In this document: positions 1 through 9,731 of the stretch, in pieces
Layout: each line of letters starts with the position of its first letter
Numbering within the stretch: the stretch's first letter is position 1
DNA from: Balanoglossus misakiensis
Lineage: Eukaryota > Animalia > Hemichordata
Direction: 5' to 3'
Assembly (NCBI GenBank): GCA_040954595.2
Contig: JBECUI020000025.1
Span: forward strand, 372,001 to 436,000
Length of the DNA: 64,000 nt
Position numbers and translations under genes: made by a program
Notes under the pieces: generated by a model
The model's input: the letters and a program-made list of their open reading frames with translations, nothing else
Told to the model about the DNA's origin: nothing
Database searches by the model: none

Positions 1-2242
1 AGATAACTCCAAAGTTGATGCTCTTCGCAATGGTCCGTTGCATGCTGCTTACAGTTTCACTACCAAATAATAACCGAGCAGTCTCTTCATGAATATCCAG
101 TCCCTCCTGAAAAGCTGCCAAAAGTGCCGGGTCCTGAGAAAAATGTGCTAATACAATGAGCTCTATCTGTGAATAGTCGGCACTGACAAATGTCCTGCCC
201 TCTGTTGCATAGAAGGCTTTTCGTATACGCCTACCCTCCACAGTCTTAACCGGTATGTTCTGCAGGTTCGGGTCCTTACTTGCAAGTCTTCCGGTTGCCG
301 CTCCAGTCTGTATATAGTTCGTGTGCAAACGCCCGCTACTCGGATGGATCAGCTGCGGCAGTGAGTCGATATAGGTCCCCTTTAGTTTGTTCAGCATCCG
401 GTAACGCAAAATTTGTTTCGGAAGCGGATCTTGCACTGCAAGTTGTTGAAGAACTGTATTGTCGGTACTATAGCCGGTCTTTAACTTACGAACCGGTTGT
501 AATCCCCGCTCTTGAAACAATACCTCCTGTAGCTGTTGCGGCGAATTAATGTTAAATTCATGCCCGCATAGAGAAAATATCTCCTCTTTTACTTCGGAAA
601 TGTTTGTAGCTATAGTTCTTGCCTGCTTCTGTAGTATGTCCTGATCAAGAAAGATGCCCTTCATTTCCATGTCTACCAGCACGGTAATAAGCGGCATTTC
701 CAAATTATGAAATATCTCGGTTAATCCGGCAGTTTCCAACTCCTTTGACAAGACATGAAACAATCGTAGAGTTATATCAGCATCCTCAGCGGCATAGAAG
801 GTGGCAAGATCAAGGGGAACCTTATCGAAGGTTATGACATTGCATTCGCGCATAACGTTCGTATATGCAACCGGCTTGTAGGAAAGATATTGATCAGCCA
901 ATCGGTCCATACCGTAGGCATGAGAATCGCTATCAAGCAGCCAGGCGGCAATCATGGTATCAAAGTATAGATTCTTTACCTCAAGCCCCCAATTACGAAG
1001 AACCTTGATGTCATATTTCGCATTTTGACATACAAGCTTCAAGTTCTGATCGTGCAGTATATCCTGCAATGCTATCCGTACCTGCTCTGCGGGTAAGACT
1101 GCTCCAGTTGGTCCGACAAGTGGAATATAACAGCCCTTGCCTTTCTCTACCGATAGGGAGAATCCAACCGGAACTGCTACCATGTCATTGGTGCTATCGG
1201 TCTCGGAATCAAAAGAATATATCCCCGCTTGCCGTACAAGATTCAACCAGTGTTCCAGTTTTTCCATGCTGTCTACACAGTCATAGTTTCCTTGCCTGCT
1301 CTTCTCCTGTAGCGAGACGGATTCCAATGAGACATCATCCTGCTCCTGATCAATAAGCGAATAGCCGGCAAGACCCAATTTCCCCCTAAGGTTATCAAGC
1401 AGAGAGCGAATGCCGTAACTCTGAAATTGCTCCCGCACCGCAGCAAAATTGATCTCTTTTACCATTACATCATCCAGCGTTTCCACATTAAGGGGAAGAT
1501 CGTCTTTCAAGCTGACCAGCTTCTTACTGATCTCTACTTTTTCTCGTCCAGCTATGAGTTTCTTTCGATGATGCTCTTTTATCTTATCAATATTATCATA
1601 TATTGCTTCCAGACTACCATATTCAGTAAGAAGTCGGACTGCTCCCACCTTCCCTATGCCGGGCACTCCGGGAATATTATCTGAACTGTCCCCGGCAATG
1701 CTCAAGAAATCAAGCATCTGCTCCGGATATATCTGCCAGGATTGAAATACAGTTTCCCGATCGAATGAAATAAAATTTCCGCCGAGTTGTGGTTTCAGTT
1801 GCTCTATCTTGTCATCAACAAGCTGCAAAAGATCCTTATCCGACGAAATAATAGAACAGTGGCAGGAAGAAGAAAATTTCTTGCATAGAGTAGCAATAAT
1901 ATCATCTGCCTCGTATCCGGTATGAGAACAAACAGCAATTCCGAGGCCTTGTAACATGGAATAAATTGGCTTTATCTGTTGGATCAAGTCTTCGGGGGGG
2001 GAATCCCGATGTGCCTTGTATTCTGGGTATAAGGTATGCCGAAAGGTATCACCCTCTGCATCCCATGCCACTACAAAATATTTCGGATTGTATCGAATAA
2101 AGATTGAAAAAAGAACATTAAAGAATCCGAATATAGCAGATGTATTTTTTCCATCATACTTTAAGGGCTGTCGGATATGTGCGTAGTAGACACGAAAAAC
2201 CAGTCCTAAGGCGTCTAGAATGTATAGTGAATTGTTATTCAT
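1..2242 (-). CDS. polA: DNA polymerase I (3' end runs off the window start)
   Basis: Manual translation from ATG 2242 gives MNNNSLYILDALGLVFRVYYAH (5'-3' exonuclease N-terminus). The same frame at the window start gives motif A (FVSADYSQIELIVLAH) and motif B (RTIAKSINFGVI). Absent from the ORF track, presumably because its stop codon lies outside the window. Confidence 0.97.
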   Translation of the reverse strand, partial: MNNNSLYILDALGLVFRVYYAHIRQPLKYDGKNTSAIFGFFNVLFSIFIRYNPKYFVVAWDAEGDTFRHTLYPEYKAHRDSPPEDLIQQIKPIYSMLQGLGIAVCSHTGYEADDIIATLCKKFSSSCHCSIISSDKDLLQLVDDKIEQLKPQLGGNFISFDRETVFQSWQIYPEQMLDFLSIAGDSSDNIPGVPGIGKVGAVRLLTEYGSLEAIYDNIDKIKEHHRKKLIAGREKVEISKKLVSLKDDLPLNVETLDDVMVKEINFAAVREQFQSYGIRSLLDNLRGKLGLAGYSLIDQEQDDVSLESVSLQEKSRQGNYDCVDSMEKLEHWLNLVRQAGIYSFDSETDSTNDMVAVPVGFSLSVEKGKGCYIPLVGPTGAVLPAEQVRIALQDILHDQNLKLVCQNAKYDIKVLRNWGLEVKNLYFDTMIAAWLLDSDSHAYGMDRLADQYLSYKPVAYTNVMRECNVITFDKVPLDLATFYAAEDADITLRLFHVLSKELETAGLTEIFHNLEMPLITVLVDMEMKGIFLDQDILQKQARTIATNISEVKEEIFSLCGHEFNINSPQQLQEVLFQERGLQPVRKLKTGYSTDNTVLQQLAVQDPLPKQILRYRMLNKLKGTYIDSLPQLIHPSSGRLHTNYIQTGAATGRLASKDPNLQNIPVKTVEGRRIRKAFYATEGRTFVSADYSQIELIVLAHFSQDPALLAAFQEGLDIHEETARLLFGSETVSSMQRTIAKSINFGVI

Positions 2243-2274
2243 AAGCTATAATATCACATTATAGAGACTTAAAA

Positions 2275-2709
2275 CTATGCACTGACATCAACAAAGGAGG
2301 GAGAACGGTGTTTGTTCTCTTTCTTGTTATTCGGTGAAATTTTCTCCTGCACCGCTTGAATGTCCTGTTTCATGCGTTCAAGAAGTCCTTCGCTGTGTAC
2401 CACCGCCTTATTCTGCAATGATACCAGCTTGCTTTGTAGTGCTTCTACCGATTCGTTTTGTTCGGGACAGAACTCGGCATAAAATTGTTGCAGAGGTGTA
2501 ATAACCTTTTTGATATCCGTTAATTTGACTGAAATTCCACTGGTCTGTCGAATGCAGGCTTCCACTTGTTCGACATTGCCGGTTCCCATTGCTTGTTCCT
2601 GAATACGGAGGTACCGCAGATAGGATTCCAACTCGGATACCTGCTCTGCTAGTCGAGACCGTAAATGCTTAATAATTATTTCCGGTTGGGAGTTGACCTT
2701 TGTATTCAT
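2275..2709 (-). CDS. FlgN-like flagellar export chaperone
   Basis: 144-aa coiled-coil protein directly downstream of fliS, ending PSFVDVSA, a FlgN-like terminus. Confidence 0.55.
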   Translation of the reverse strand: MNTKVNSQPEIIIKHLRSRLAEQVSELESYLRYLRIQEQAMGTGNVEQVEACIRQTSGISVKLTDIKKVITPLQQFYAEFCPEQNESVEALQSKLVSLQNKAVVHSEGLLERMKQDIQAVQEKISPNNKKENKHRSPSFVDVSA

Positions 2710-2710
2710 T

Positions 2711-3139
2711 TTACCCCGAAAGATCTACCGATGGCTGCGAATTTTGCCCGGTATGCGCTGTGTTGCTAATCTGAGACCATGTATCTCGGAGTTCTACCAG
2801 CAACTGTCGTACAGTTTGCAGTTGCACACTGCCCTCTTTTTTAATATTCGTTTCGCTGAGAACTCGATTAAAATAAAAGTACAACCGAGATAGGTTCTTC
2901 GCAATATCGCCACCTCTCTCCAAGTCAAGAGAAACAAGTAACTCCGTAATGACATCTTGGGCTTTCCCGATGGCATTGTTAATAACATCAAGTTTCTTAT
3001 TCTTTTGCTCTAATGTATCCAGCACCAAGTCAATTTGCTTGATAGCTTCATCATACAACATAATAATAATGCGTAGGGGGCTTGCTGTTTTTATATCAGT
3101 CTCACGGTATAAATCGATGCCTCGCATCTCATCCTCCAT
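2711..3139 (-). CDS. fliS: Flagellin chaperone FliS
   Basis: YRETDIKTASPLRIIIMLYD...KAQDVITELLVSLDLERGGDIAKNLSRLYFY...ELRDTW matches the FliS signature. Confidence 0.95.
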   Translation of the reverse strand: MEDEMRGIDLYRETDIKTASPLRIIIMLYDEAIKQIDLVLDTLEQKNKKLDVINNAIGKAQDVITELLVSLDLERGGDIAKNLSRLYFYFNRVLSETNIKKEGSVQLQTVRQLLVELRDTWSQISNTAHTGQNSQPSVDLSG

Positions 3140-5417
3140 TCTTATTTAATTCTGAAACAGGAACAATGACATATCCATTGTTTTGTATGGCTTTTATTAG
3201 TATTTCAAGGCCGTTAAAGAAGTACGACAATCGTCTGGACACTAACTGCTCATCCGGGATGCTGATGTTAAAGGAAACTATCATGCCATCCTTACTATTT
3301 GATATAACTGCATTAATGAGCTGTGTTATACTACTGTATGCAACTCCGCTAATATTCCGAAGCGGTGCAGGGTCAAGAATATAGCTGCTGAGATTAATGT
3401 CGGGTTTAATAAATTGTGCATTTGCAATCTCTCCTTCAACAAAATTCAGATCGTTCTGATAGAAATATGGCACATGCCAGATCTTGACTAGATTCTTACC
3501 TGTAATTTTTTGATAATCGGTCTCAAGCTGCTTAAAATTATCCTGAATAAAGGCAGGGGTAACCAAATACTGTCTATCTCCTACATTCGTACGGACAAAA
3601 AACTGTGCTCCTACCTCATGAACGCTGTTCGCAACAATACGGCTGAGTGTGGGGTGTCGTCGCAGGAACTCTCCATTAATAAACACGGTGGATTGAATAC
3701 CCAGTTGACGCAAGATATTAAGACTGGAGATGAACCCTACATGACTTTGGGTAACATCCATTGCAAACCCAATAAGAGCTTCCCCTTGTCCAACATTTCC
3801 ATAGAGCACGCGGCTAATGTTATTTCGAAAATCAAAGGGGCTATGGTATGTATTATCCAGTTGATCAATAATAATCGGTTGATTACGAAAGGAAATGCTG
3901 CTGCTTGTCTCAAACTCGATGCGGTAGTGATCGTTGGATAATGTATCCGGTAATATTTTATACACTTCCTCTGGTTTTCTCCACCATGAATCATAGATAT
4001 GATGGATGGTCTCATCATTATTAATCCGAATGTACATTCCACCATCTGCAAGGAATCCATACGTCAATGCCTGCGAGACCGCTATAAAGTCGCTGTTTCC
4101 CTTTAGATCCATCAGTACTATCTTTCTTTGTCCACCAAGTACTATTTTTGTTGGGCTGATCCACGACAGAGTAAAAAAGTGGTCATTATTATCCGTCAGT
4201 ATCGGACGACTGAAATTATTGATGGAATATAGATTGAGTTCTCCATTCTTATCAATGATTGCAAGATGTCGCCCATCGGGAGACAGGTCTGCATTCAATA
4301 CCTCGTATATAAGAGACTTGCTTTCCAGTTTCCAATGATCCGCCTCTTTTCGAACTCCGAATATATTCCCATGTATGCCTCCAGCCGTATGAGTGTTCGA
4401 TATTGCCGTAATACTGTTTCCAGGATGCCAAGCTAATAATACCACCTGTTCGTGAGGAGCAAAATGAAAAACCGGCATTATTTCTCGTTCATCAATAACA
4501 TCATTCTTATCAATACGCTGGACAAGAAGGATGTCACCCTGCCGAAGCACTGCTATATACTTCTGATCGGGGGATACAAAGAATGCATCGATGGTAGGGC
4601 GAAACGAAACGTTGAGCCGATCTTGCATCAATTCAGTTGTAAGAATATCCCGATAGAGTGTGCCGAGAAAAAGTTGCGCTGGATGAAACTGATAAATGAC
4701 CGAATCCAAAATATAATAAAGAGAATTATCATCCTGCCATTCCACGCTGTTCAGCGTTCCAGGACCGAGCATGCGAAATTTTTCCTGAACTACTGTCTGC
4801 TCCGTTGCAAAGTAGTATATCTTATTGAAAAGCTCATAGATAAAGTACTCGCTATTCGCTGACCACTTAACCGGTTCGGTGCTGATCCGAAGAGGATATT
4901 CCTGAATGACTACCCGTTTTGTGCCGTCCTCCATGTTTAATAAGATCAGATTGCCGGTTGACGCACTGGTGGGATGATAGTACAGAAGATATTTCCCGTT
5001 CGGAGACGGGGCGATGGAATAGGGCTGCCCTATCATTTGATAATCAATAAATGAAGGAAATCCCTCTACCGGCTTTATATTGCCGAACTGTATATTTGAA
5101 CGAAATAATCCGAAGTGATTATAAATAAGTAGTTGCCGATTGTCCGGTTTCCCTACCGTTTTAATATATTCGGGGAAAAAGGTAACCGTGTCCCATTTCT
5201 TTTCCGCAATATCATAGTGTAGGAGGGTTGATGTATCGCCATACCGTGCTGCGGTTGTTTTTGCTTCAAAGATGGCGTTGTAGTCATTATCAATAATAGC
5301 TTTTGAAAATGTAGTCTGCGTCTGTACAGACGTAGCAGATAGTAAGAATAAAATTACGCATAAGACAGTCTGTATCATTATTATTAATTTCGGCAAATAC
5401 CGATGAAAATTTGACAA
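3129..5417 (-). CDS. Exported beta-propeller protein with a C-terminal degenerate polysaccharide-deacetylase (NodB-like) domain
   Basis: Signal-peptide-like N-terminus; propeller-blade motifs SPNGKY, WSANS, SPDQKY, SPDGRH; C-terminal STVFINGEF..HEVG..WHVPY resembles a NodB fold. Start codon uncertain. Confidence 0.55.
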   Translation of the reverse strand: MSNFHRYLPKLIIMIQTVLCVILFLLSATSVQTQTTFSKAIIDNDYNAIFEAKTTAARYGDTSTLLHYDIAEKKWDTVTFFPEYIKTVGKPDNRQLLIYNHFGLFRSNIQFGNIKPVEGFPSFIDYQMIGQPYSIAPSPNGKYLLYYHPTSASTGNLILLNMEDGTKRVVIQEYPLRISTEPVKWSANSEYFIYELFNKIYYFATEQTVVQEKFRMLGPGTLNSVEWQDDNSLYYILDSVIYQFHPAQLFLGTLYRDILTTELMQDRLNVSFRPTIDAFFVSPDQKYIAVLRQGDILLVQRIDKNDVIDEREIMPVFHFAPHEQVVLLAWHPGNSITAISNTHTAGGIHGNIFGVRKEADHWKLESKSLIYEVLNADLSPDGRHLAIIDKNGELNLYSINNFSRPILTDNNDHFFTLSWISPTKIVLGGQRKIVLMDLKGNSDFIAVSQALTYGFLADGGMYIRINNDETIHHIYDSWWRKPEEVYKILPDTLSNDHYRIEFETSSSISFRNQPIIIDQLDNTYHSPFDFRNNISRVLYGNVGQGEALIGFAMDVTQSHVGFISSLNILRQLGIQSTVFINGEFLRRHPTLSRIVANSVHEVGAQFFVRTNVGDRQYLVTPAFIQDNFKQLETDYQKITGKNLVKIWHVPYFYQNDLNFVEGEIANAQFIKPDINLSSYILDPAPLRNISGVAYSSITQLINAVISNSKDGMIVSFNISIPDEQLVSRRLSYFFNGLEILIKAIQNNGYVIVPVSELNKNGG

Positions 5418-5432
5418 TAAATGTATTCTTTC

Positions 5433-5461
5433 TTGCAGTAATAAGATGTCATTGATATGCT
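5433..5461 (+). promoter_or_regulatory. Sigma70-type promoter with extended -10
   Basis: TTGCAG-N17-TATGCT with TG at the extended position, 6 nt before ATG 5468. Confidence 0.5.
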
Positions 5462-6433
5462 ATGAGTATGCAAATCATGTTCTTGGACGCAAGCACCTTT
5501 GCTGATGGCATATCACTAGAACGATTTAATGACTTTGGCAAACTAGAAGTCTATAATAATATCTCCCGCGAAGAGCTATTGAGAGTTGGTACTAATGTCG
5601 AAATAATTATCAACAACAAGATCAAACTCGACCGTCCCTTCCTTTCTTCCTTGCCAGCCTTGCGACTCATTTGTTTGACGGCAACTGGTACAAACAATGT
5701 CGACTTGCTTGCTGCACGTGAATTAGGCATTGCAGTTACTAATGTTGCCGGATATTCAACCGACAGCGTCGCACAGCATACATTTGCTATGCTTCTCTCC
5801 CTACTAGAACATCTGCCGAAATATGATCACTACGTAAAATCCGGTGCATATTCACAAAGTGCTCTATTCACGAACTTGGAATATTCGTTCTGGGAATTAA
5901 CCGGAAAGGATTGGGGCATTATCGGACTCGGAACAATTGGTCGACGAGTAGCAGAACTCGCACAAGCATTCGGATGTAGAATTTCATATTATAGTACGAG
6001 TGGTATCCAGCGAGACGAACCCTACCCGCACCTCTCCTTATCCGACCTGCTGCAACAATCCGATATCGTTTCCATTCATGCACCGCTGAATGAAAAAACA
6101 AAAAATCTCATTGATGAAAAAGAGTTTGCACTCATGCAATCTCATGCAATTCTCTTGAACCTCGGACGAGGCAAAATTATTAATGAACATGCTCTGGCAA
6201 AGGCTCTTCGAGAAAATACAATTGCCGCCGCCGGACTGGATGTTATGAGCCGTGAACCAATAGAAGCCGACAACCCTCTTCTTGACCCTGCAATCAGTGA
6301 TAAAACTATTATAACCCCCCACATGGCATGGGGAAGCACCGAATCGCTGCGGCGACTATTCGATGAGATTTACAAAAACATCGTTGCCTTTATGGCAGGG
6401 GAAAAACGAAACCGTGTAGAACTGGAGCATTAA
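5462..6433 (+). CDS. D-2-hydroxyacid dehydrogenase (glycerate dehydrogenase-like)
   Basis: TATGTNNVD, GIIGLGTIG Rossmann motif, SIHAPL, NLGRG, GLDV, TPHMAW. True start may be ATG 5468. Confidence 0.93.
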   Translation: MSMQIMFLDASTFADGISLERFNDFGKLEVYNNISREELLRVGTNVEIIINNKIKLDRPFLSSLPALRLICLTATGTNNVDLLAARELGIAVTNVAGYSTDSVAQHTFAMLLSLLEHLPKYDHYVKSGAYSQSALFTNLEYSFWELTGKDWGIIGLGTIGRRVAELAQAFGCRISYYSTSGIQRDEPYPHLSLSDLLQQSDIVSIHAPLNEKTKNLIDEKEFALMQSHAILLNLGRGKIINEHALAKALRENTIAAAGLDVMSREPIEADNPLLDPAISDKTIITPHMAWGSTESLRRLFDEIYKNIVAFMAGEKRNRVELEH

Positions 6434-6445
6434 CTGAAGAATAGC

Positions 6446-7846
6446 TTAGTGCAAATCCCTCATAAAAATTTCAGCCTGCTCCAATGCCTGTGCATGGAAC
6501 ATTTCTCGTCCGTTAATGACCTTGCACCCCGCATTCCGGGCTCGTTGTAAAAGTGGCGTATATTCCGGCGTATAGATAATATCATACACGACCTCATTTC
6601 CCGTAAAAGAATAGCCGGCAATCGGATCTCCAGGATTACTATCCATCCCGACACTGGTACATTGCACAATGATGTCCGTATATGCCCTCATTGCCTCCAT
6701 GTCATTGAGAATCGCAACCTTCACTCCCGGAAATTGTTCTGCTACCTGTTTTGCCCGCTCAGTACTGCGATTCAATAAACATATCTCTATCTGCAGACGG
6801 GTAAGGGCATATACAATAGCACGTGCTGCCCCGCCGGCACCGATAACAACTGCTCGTTTCACATGAGTTAATCCTGCTTGTTGCAGGGTTTTCAGGAACC
6901 CTCCGGCATCAGTATTATAACCATACAGATTGTTCTTGCTCCGTACAACAGTATTGCAAGAACCGATAGCTTGTACCTCATCAGAGGGATGGGTCAGCAG
7001 GGAGACTATCGTTTCCTTATGGGGAACAGTAACTGAAAACCCTTGTATATCCAACTGCGGCATTAACTGCACAAAGGCACGAATGTCATCAACAGTACAG
7101 GGAATATATACCGCATTAACCCCCTTTTCAGCGAAAGCGGCATTGTGCCAAGCAGGTGAATGGGAATGCTGTACTGGATTTCCGATAATAGCGTATACAG
7201 GGGTCTTATCCTGAATCTGCCGAAAGCGATACATCTCTGCCATTTTCCGTGCAGTACAATGGCCAGGGACAATGGGGAGATTGTCGGAAACATAGCTGAA
7301 CTGCGAGCCGAGTTTTTGTGAAAGCACTCGCGTCGGGATGCCGTACTCACCCATGCCAATTAATATGAAGGGACGATGCTGTTCTTTCAGCCGTCTTCCT
7401 ATTAACCATAGACGCGATAAATTGCTGCAACTGTTGAGCATAACCGCAGCTTTTATAATATCTCCCTTGGCAGATTGCATGAGCTCTTCCAGATTTTCAG
7501 GCATTTCGGTAAAGCAATGAAAGGAACGGATTATTTTACTATTACATGTAAAATCAGGATAGTCTATTTCCACGTCGCAGTAGGTAAAATACTGCGCATA
7601 TCGTCGCAAGCGGGACAAGCGCTCTTCTTCGGACATATTCCATGCCCCACCGTCCTGCATACGCCGAATGGTAAGAATACTCGGCATTTTTGCAGGCAAA
7701 CAGGAATGAAGCCGCGAGATGTGGGAAAATTCCGAATCATCAAGATAATCAGCTCGAAGCTCAATGGCATCGATATAGGAAAGATGCCGCTGAACTTGGG
7801 AGCGCACCTCGTCCATTGTTCGTGCTGATAATGAGAGACAGATCAT
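6446..7846 (-). CDS. aroDE: Fused type I 3-dehydroquinate dehydratase / shikimate dehydrogenase (AroD-AroE)
   Basis: N-half has IELRADY, IIRSFH, IIKAAV, IGMGEYG; C-half has HSHSP, SVTVPHK, NTDAGGF, GAGGAA, YDIIYTP. Confidence 0.93.
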   Translation of the reverse strand: MICLSLSARTMDEVRSQVQRHLSYIDAIELRADYLDDSEFSHISRLHSCLPAKMPSILTIRRMQDGGAWNMSEEERLSRLRRYAQYFTYCDVEIDYPDFTCNSKIIRSFHCFTEMPENLEELMQSAKGDIIKAAVMLNSCSNLSRLWLIGRRLKEQHRPFILIGMGEYGIPTRVLSQKLGSQFSYVSDNLPIVPGHCTARKMAEMYRFRQIQDKTPVYAIIGNPVQHSHSPAWHNAAFAEKGVNAVYIPCTVDDIRAFVQLMPQLDIQGFSVTVPHKETIVSLLTHPSDEVQAIGSCNTVVRSKNNLYGYNTDAGGFLKTLQQAGLTHVKRAVVIGAGGAARAIVYALTRLQIEICLLNRSTERAKQVAEQFPGVKVAILNDMEAMRAYTDIIVQCTSVGMDSNPGDPIAGYSFTGNEVVYDIIYTPEYTPLLQRARNAGCKVINGREMFHAQALEQAEIFMRDLH

Positions 7847-7862
7847 AGTACTAGTATAACAT

Positions 7863-9674
7863 CTATTCGGACGTACTATCTACTGCCGACTCGGAGTACT
7901 GCTCTGTATCGGGTAGCAACTTTGCTGTTTCCTTGCTAGCATCTGTAGTGCTATGCAAAAAATTCTTTAACTCGCTAATATGGTGTCTGACATTCTGATT
8001 ACTATGCTTAATCATACTTAGGAATTCTAATGATTCTTGCACGAAGTTTTGAACATGGCTAATTTTTTCTTGAAACTTCTCTGTTTTGTTCACAAAATGC
8101 TTTTCTGTTTTTTCTATGTCCAAACTAGTTTCTAGTATCTTTTTTAGTGTCGCTTTATTTCTCTGAAACATAAGAATCTCATCCGGTATTTTGCTAATGC
8201 TCCTATGCATACCTTCACGTAGAGAATAGATTTGACTATCAAACTGTATTTGCATCTCTTGTAGTGATGATCTCTTAGAAATAAGATTCGACCAATGTTT
8301 ATGTGTAGCATGACTATGATGCTCTACTTGTATAAGATCCTGCATAATCTGTTCCATAATATCCTGTATTTTTCCAGTAAGGGAGTCGGATAATCCATAT
8401 CCTCTATTCTTGCTATCCATAACAGCATTGACTACCAGTACAATTACTCGCTCGGCCGCATTACGAGTTCTCTTATTGATAAATGCAATATTTTCATGCT
8501 CCGAGACAATATTATCCATAAGATATGCTATCTCATTCTGGTTCTGATAAAATACAGTAAAACAATCTTGCATGCTGGTTACCTCCTTACCGAGGCCCCG
8601 GAGAAGTGTCTGGTTCTTATACATGTTATCCTTCAAACGTTGAAACCGTTCATTGACCTGCCTAATATTTTTTATATCTTCATTCCGGCTTTTATATGGG
8701 CGAGCAAGGAGAGCGACTGTTTCAAAATATTCTTGTTGTAGATGGCTAATGCTCTTTTTAAAGCTTAGCCCCTGTTCCTCCAGGTGGATAACGCTATTGA
8801 TAATATCATCCCATAACGTAGCGATCTCATCGGTCTTGCCAACGGACAAGGAATAAGAGCTATCCACAAGATTCTTTTCATAGTCATACATCTTGGAGAT
8901 GTTTTTTGTGCCCAATATGGCATGATCAATAGTCTGTGCAAGAGCCGACATGTCATCTATTTTATTTGATTTATCTTTCCACAGAACCGGTACGCTACGC
9001 TGGAGCGAATCTATGCAGCGAGCAAAAAAGAGTCTTGTTTCCTTTTGGGAATGGGCAATAAAATAAATGCAGGGTATTGCAAGAAGAATAATTATACTAA
9101 ATAATTGAACAAAAAGAGTTAGCAAGGCATCTTGCTCAGTATGCGATGCAAAATGTTGCCTCTGCACATACCTATTGATGTATGCGACCAATTTTGCAAA
9201 GGTCTCGAGTAGTTCCTGCGCATGGGAAATCATAATGCTTTTTTCAAGAGAACCATGGTTATCAGAATGAAAAATGGAATTTTCCATCACCTGTTTGCGT
9301 TTTATATTAATCACTTCAACCAGAGAAAAAGTTCCGCTACTTGCATACGATACGTTCTTAAAAAACAATAATTTTTCAAAGGCTATCGTACGTTCGATAT
9401 TATCTCTTATCTCCTTCATGAGCACATCAACCTTTGCATCCCATTGGCGCACAAAAAGAAGAAACTCCTCGGAAGAAAAGTGTACCAAATGGTCTCCCAT
9501 TCTATTAATAAGATTCTGTAAGACAGTTGTATTAAGCTGTATGCTTTCGGTTATATTCACGTATTCTTGCAAACGTGGGGAAAAATATGTTTCTATAACG
9601 AGTCCGATAATACCGGTAATTAATACCATACCAATAAGAACAATTACGACTAAAAATGTTTTACGCAACCTCAT
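7863..9674 (-). CDS. Chemoreceptor-like (MCP-like) membrane protein, highly diverged
   Basis: Two TM helices flanking a ~165-aa helical domain, then a long coiled coil with a degenerate hairpin tip AAERVIVLVVNAVMDS. ATG 9674 follows GGGA. Confidence 0.5.
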   Translation of the reverse strand: MRLRKTFLVVIVLIGMVLITGIIGLVIETYFSPRLQEYVNITESIQLNTTVLQNLINRMGDHLVHFSSEEFLLFVRQWDAKVDVLMKEIRDNIERTIAFEKLLFFKNVSYASSGTFSLVEVINIKRKQVMENSIFHSDNHGSLEKSIMISHAQELLETFAKLVAYINRYVQRQHFASHTEQDALLTLFVQLFSIIILLAIPCIYFIAHSQKETRLFFARCIDSLQRSVPVLWKDKSNKIDDMSALAQTIDHAILGTKNISKMYDYEKNLVDSSYSLSVGKTDEIATLWDDIINSVIHLEEQGLSFKKSISHLQQEYFETVALLARPYKSRNEDIKNIRQVNERFQRLKDNMYKNQTLLRGLGKEVTSMQDCFTVFYQNQNEIAYLMDNIVSEHENIAFINKRTRNAAERVIVLVVNAVMDSKNRGYGLSDSLTGKIQDIMEQIMQDLIQVEHHSHATHKHWSNLISKRSSLQEMQIQFDSQIYSLREGMHRSISKIPDEILMFQRNKATLKKILETSLDIEKTEKHFVNKTEKFQEKISHVQNFVQESLEFLSMIKHSNQNVRHHISELKNFLHSTTDASKETAKLLPDTEQYSESAVDSTSE

Positions 9675-9702
9675 ACATATCCCGTCACAAAGACCACATA
9701 TC

Positions 9703-9731
9703 AATATAAAGTATTACATTAAATATGTCAA
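9703..9731 (-). promoter_or_regulatory. Sigma70-type promoter for the MCP-like gene
   Basis: TTGACA-N17-TATATT on the minus strand. Confidence 0.55.

Noticed and set aside
280-1684. Short plus-strand ORFs at the window start
   Set aside because: They are antisense to polA, which the ORF track omitted.
6446-7846. AroD-AroE fusion as a novelty
   Set aside because: This bifunctional fusion is already well known, e.g. in plants, chlamydiae and planctomycetes.
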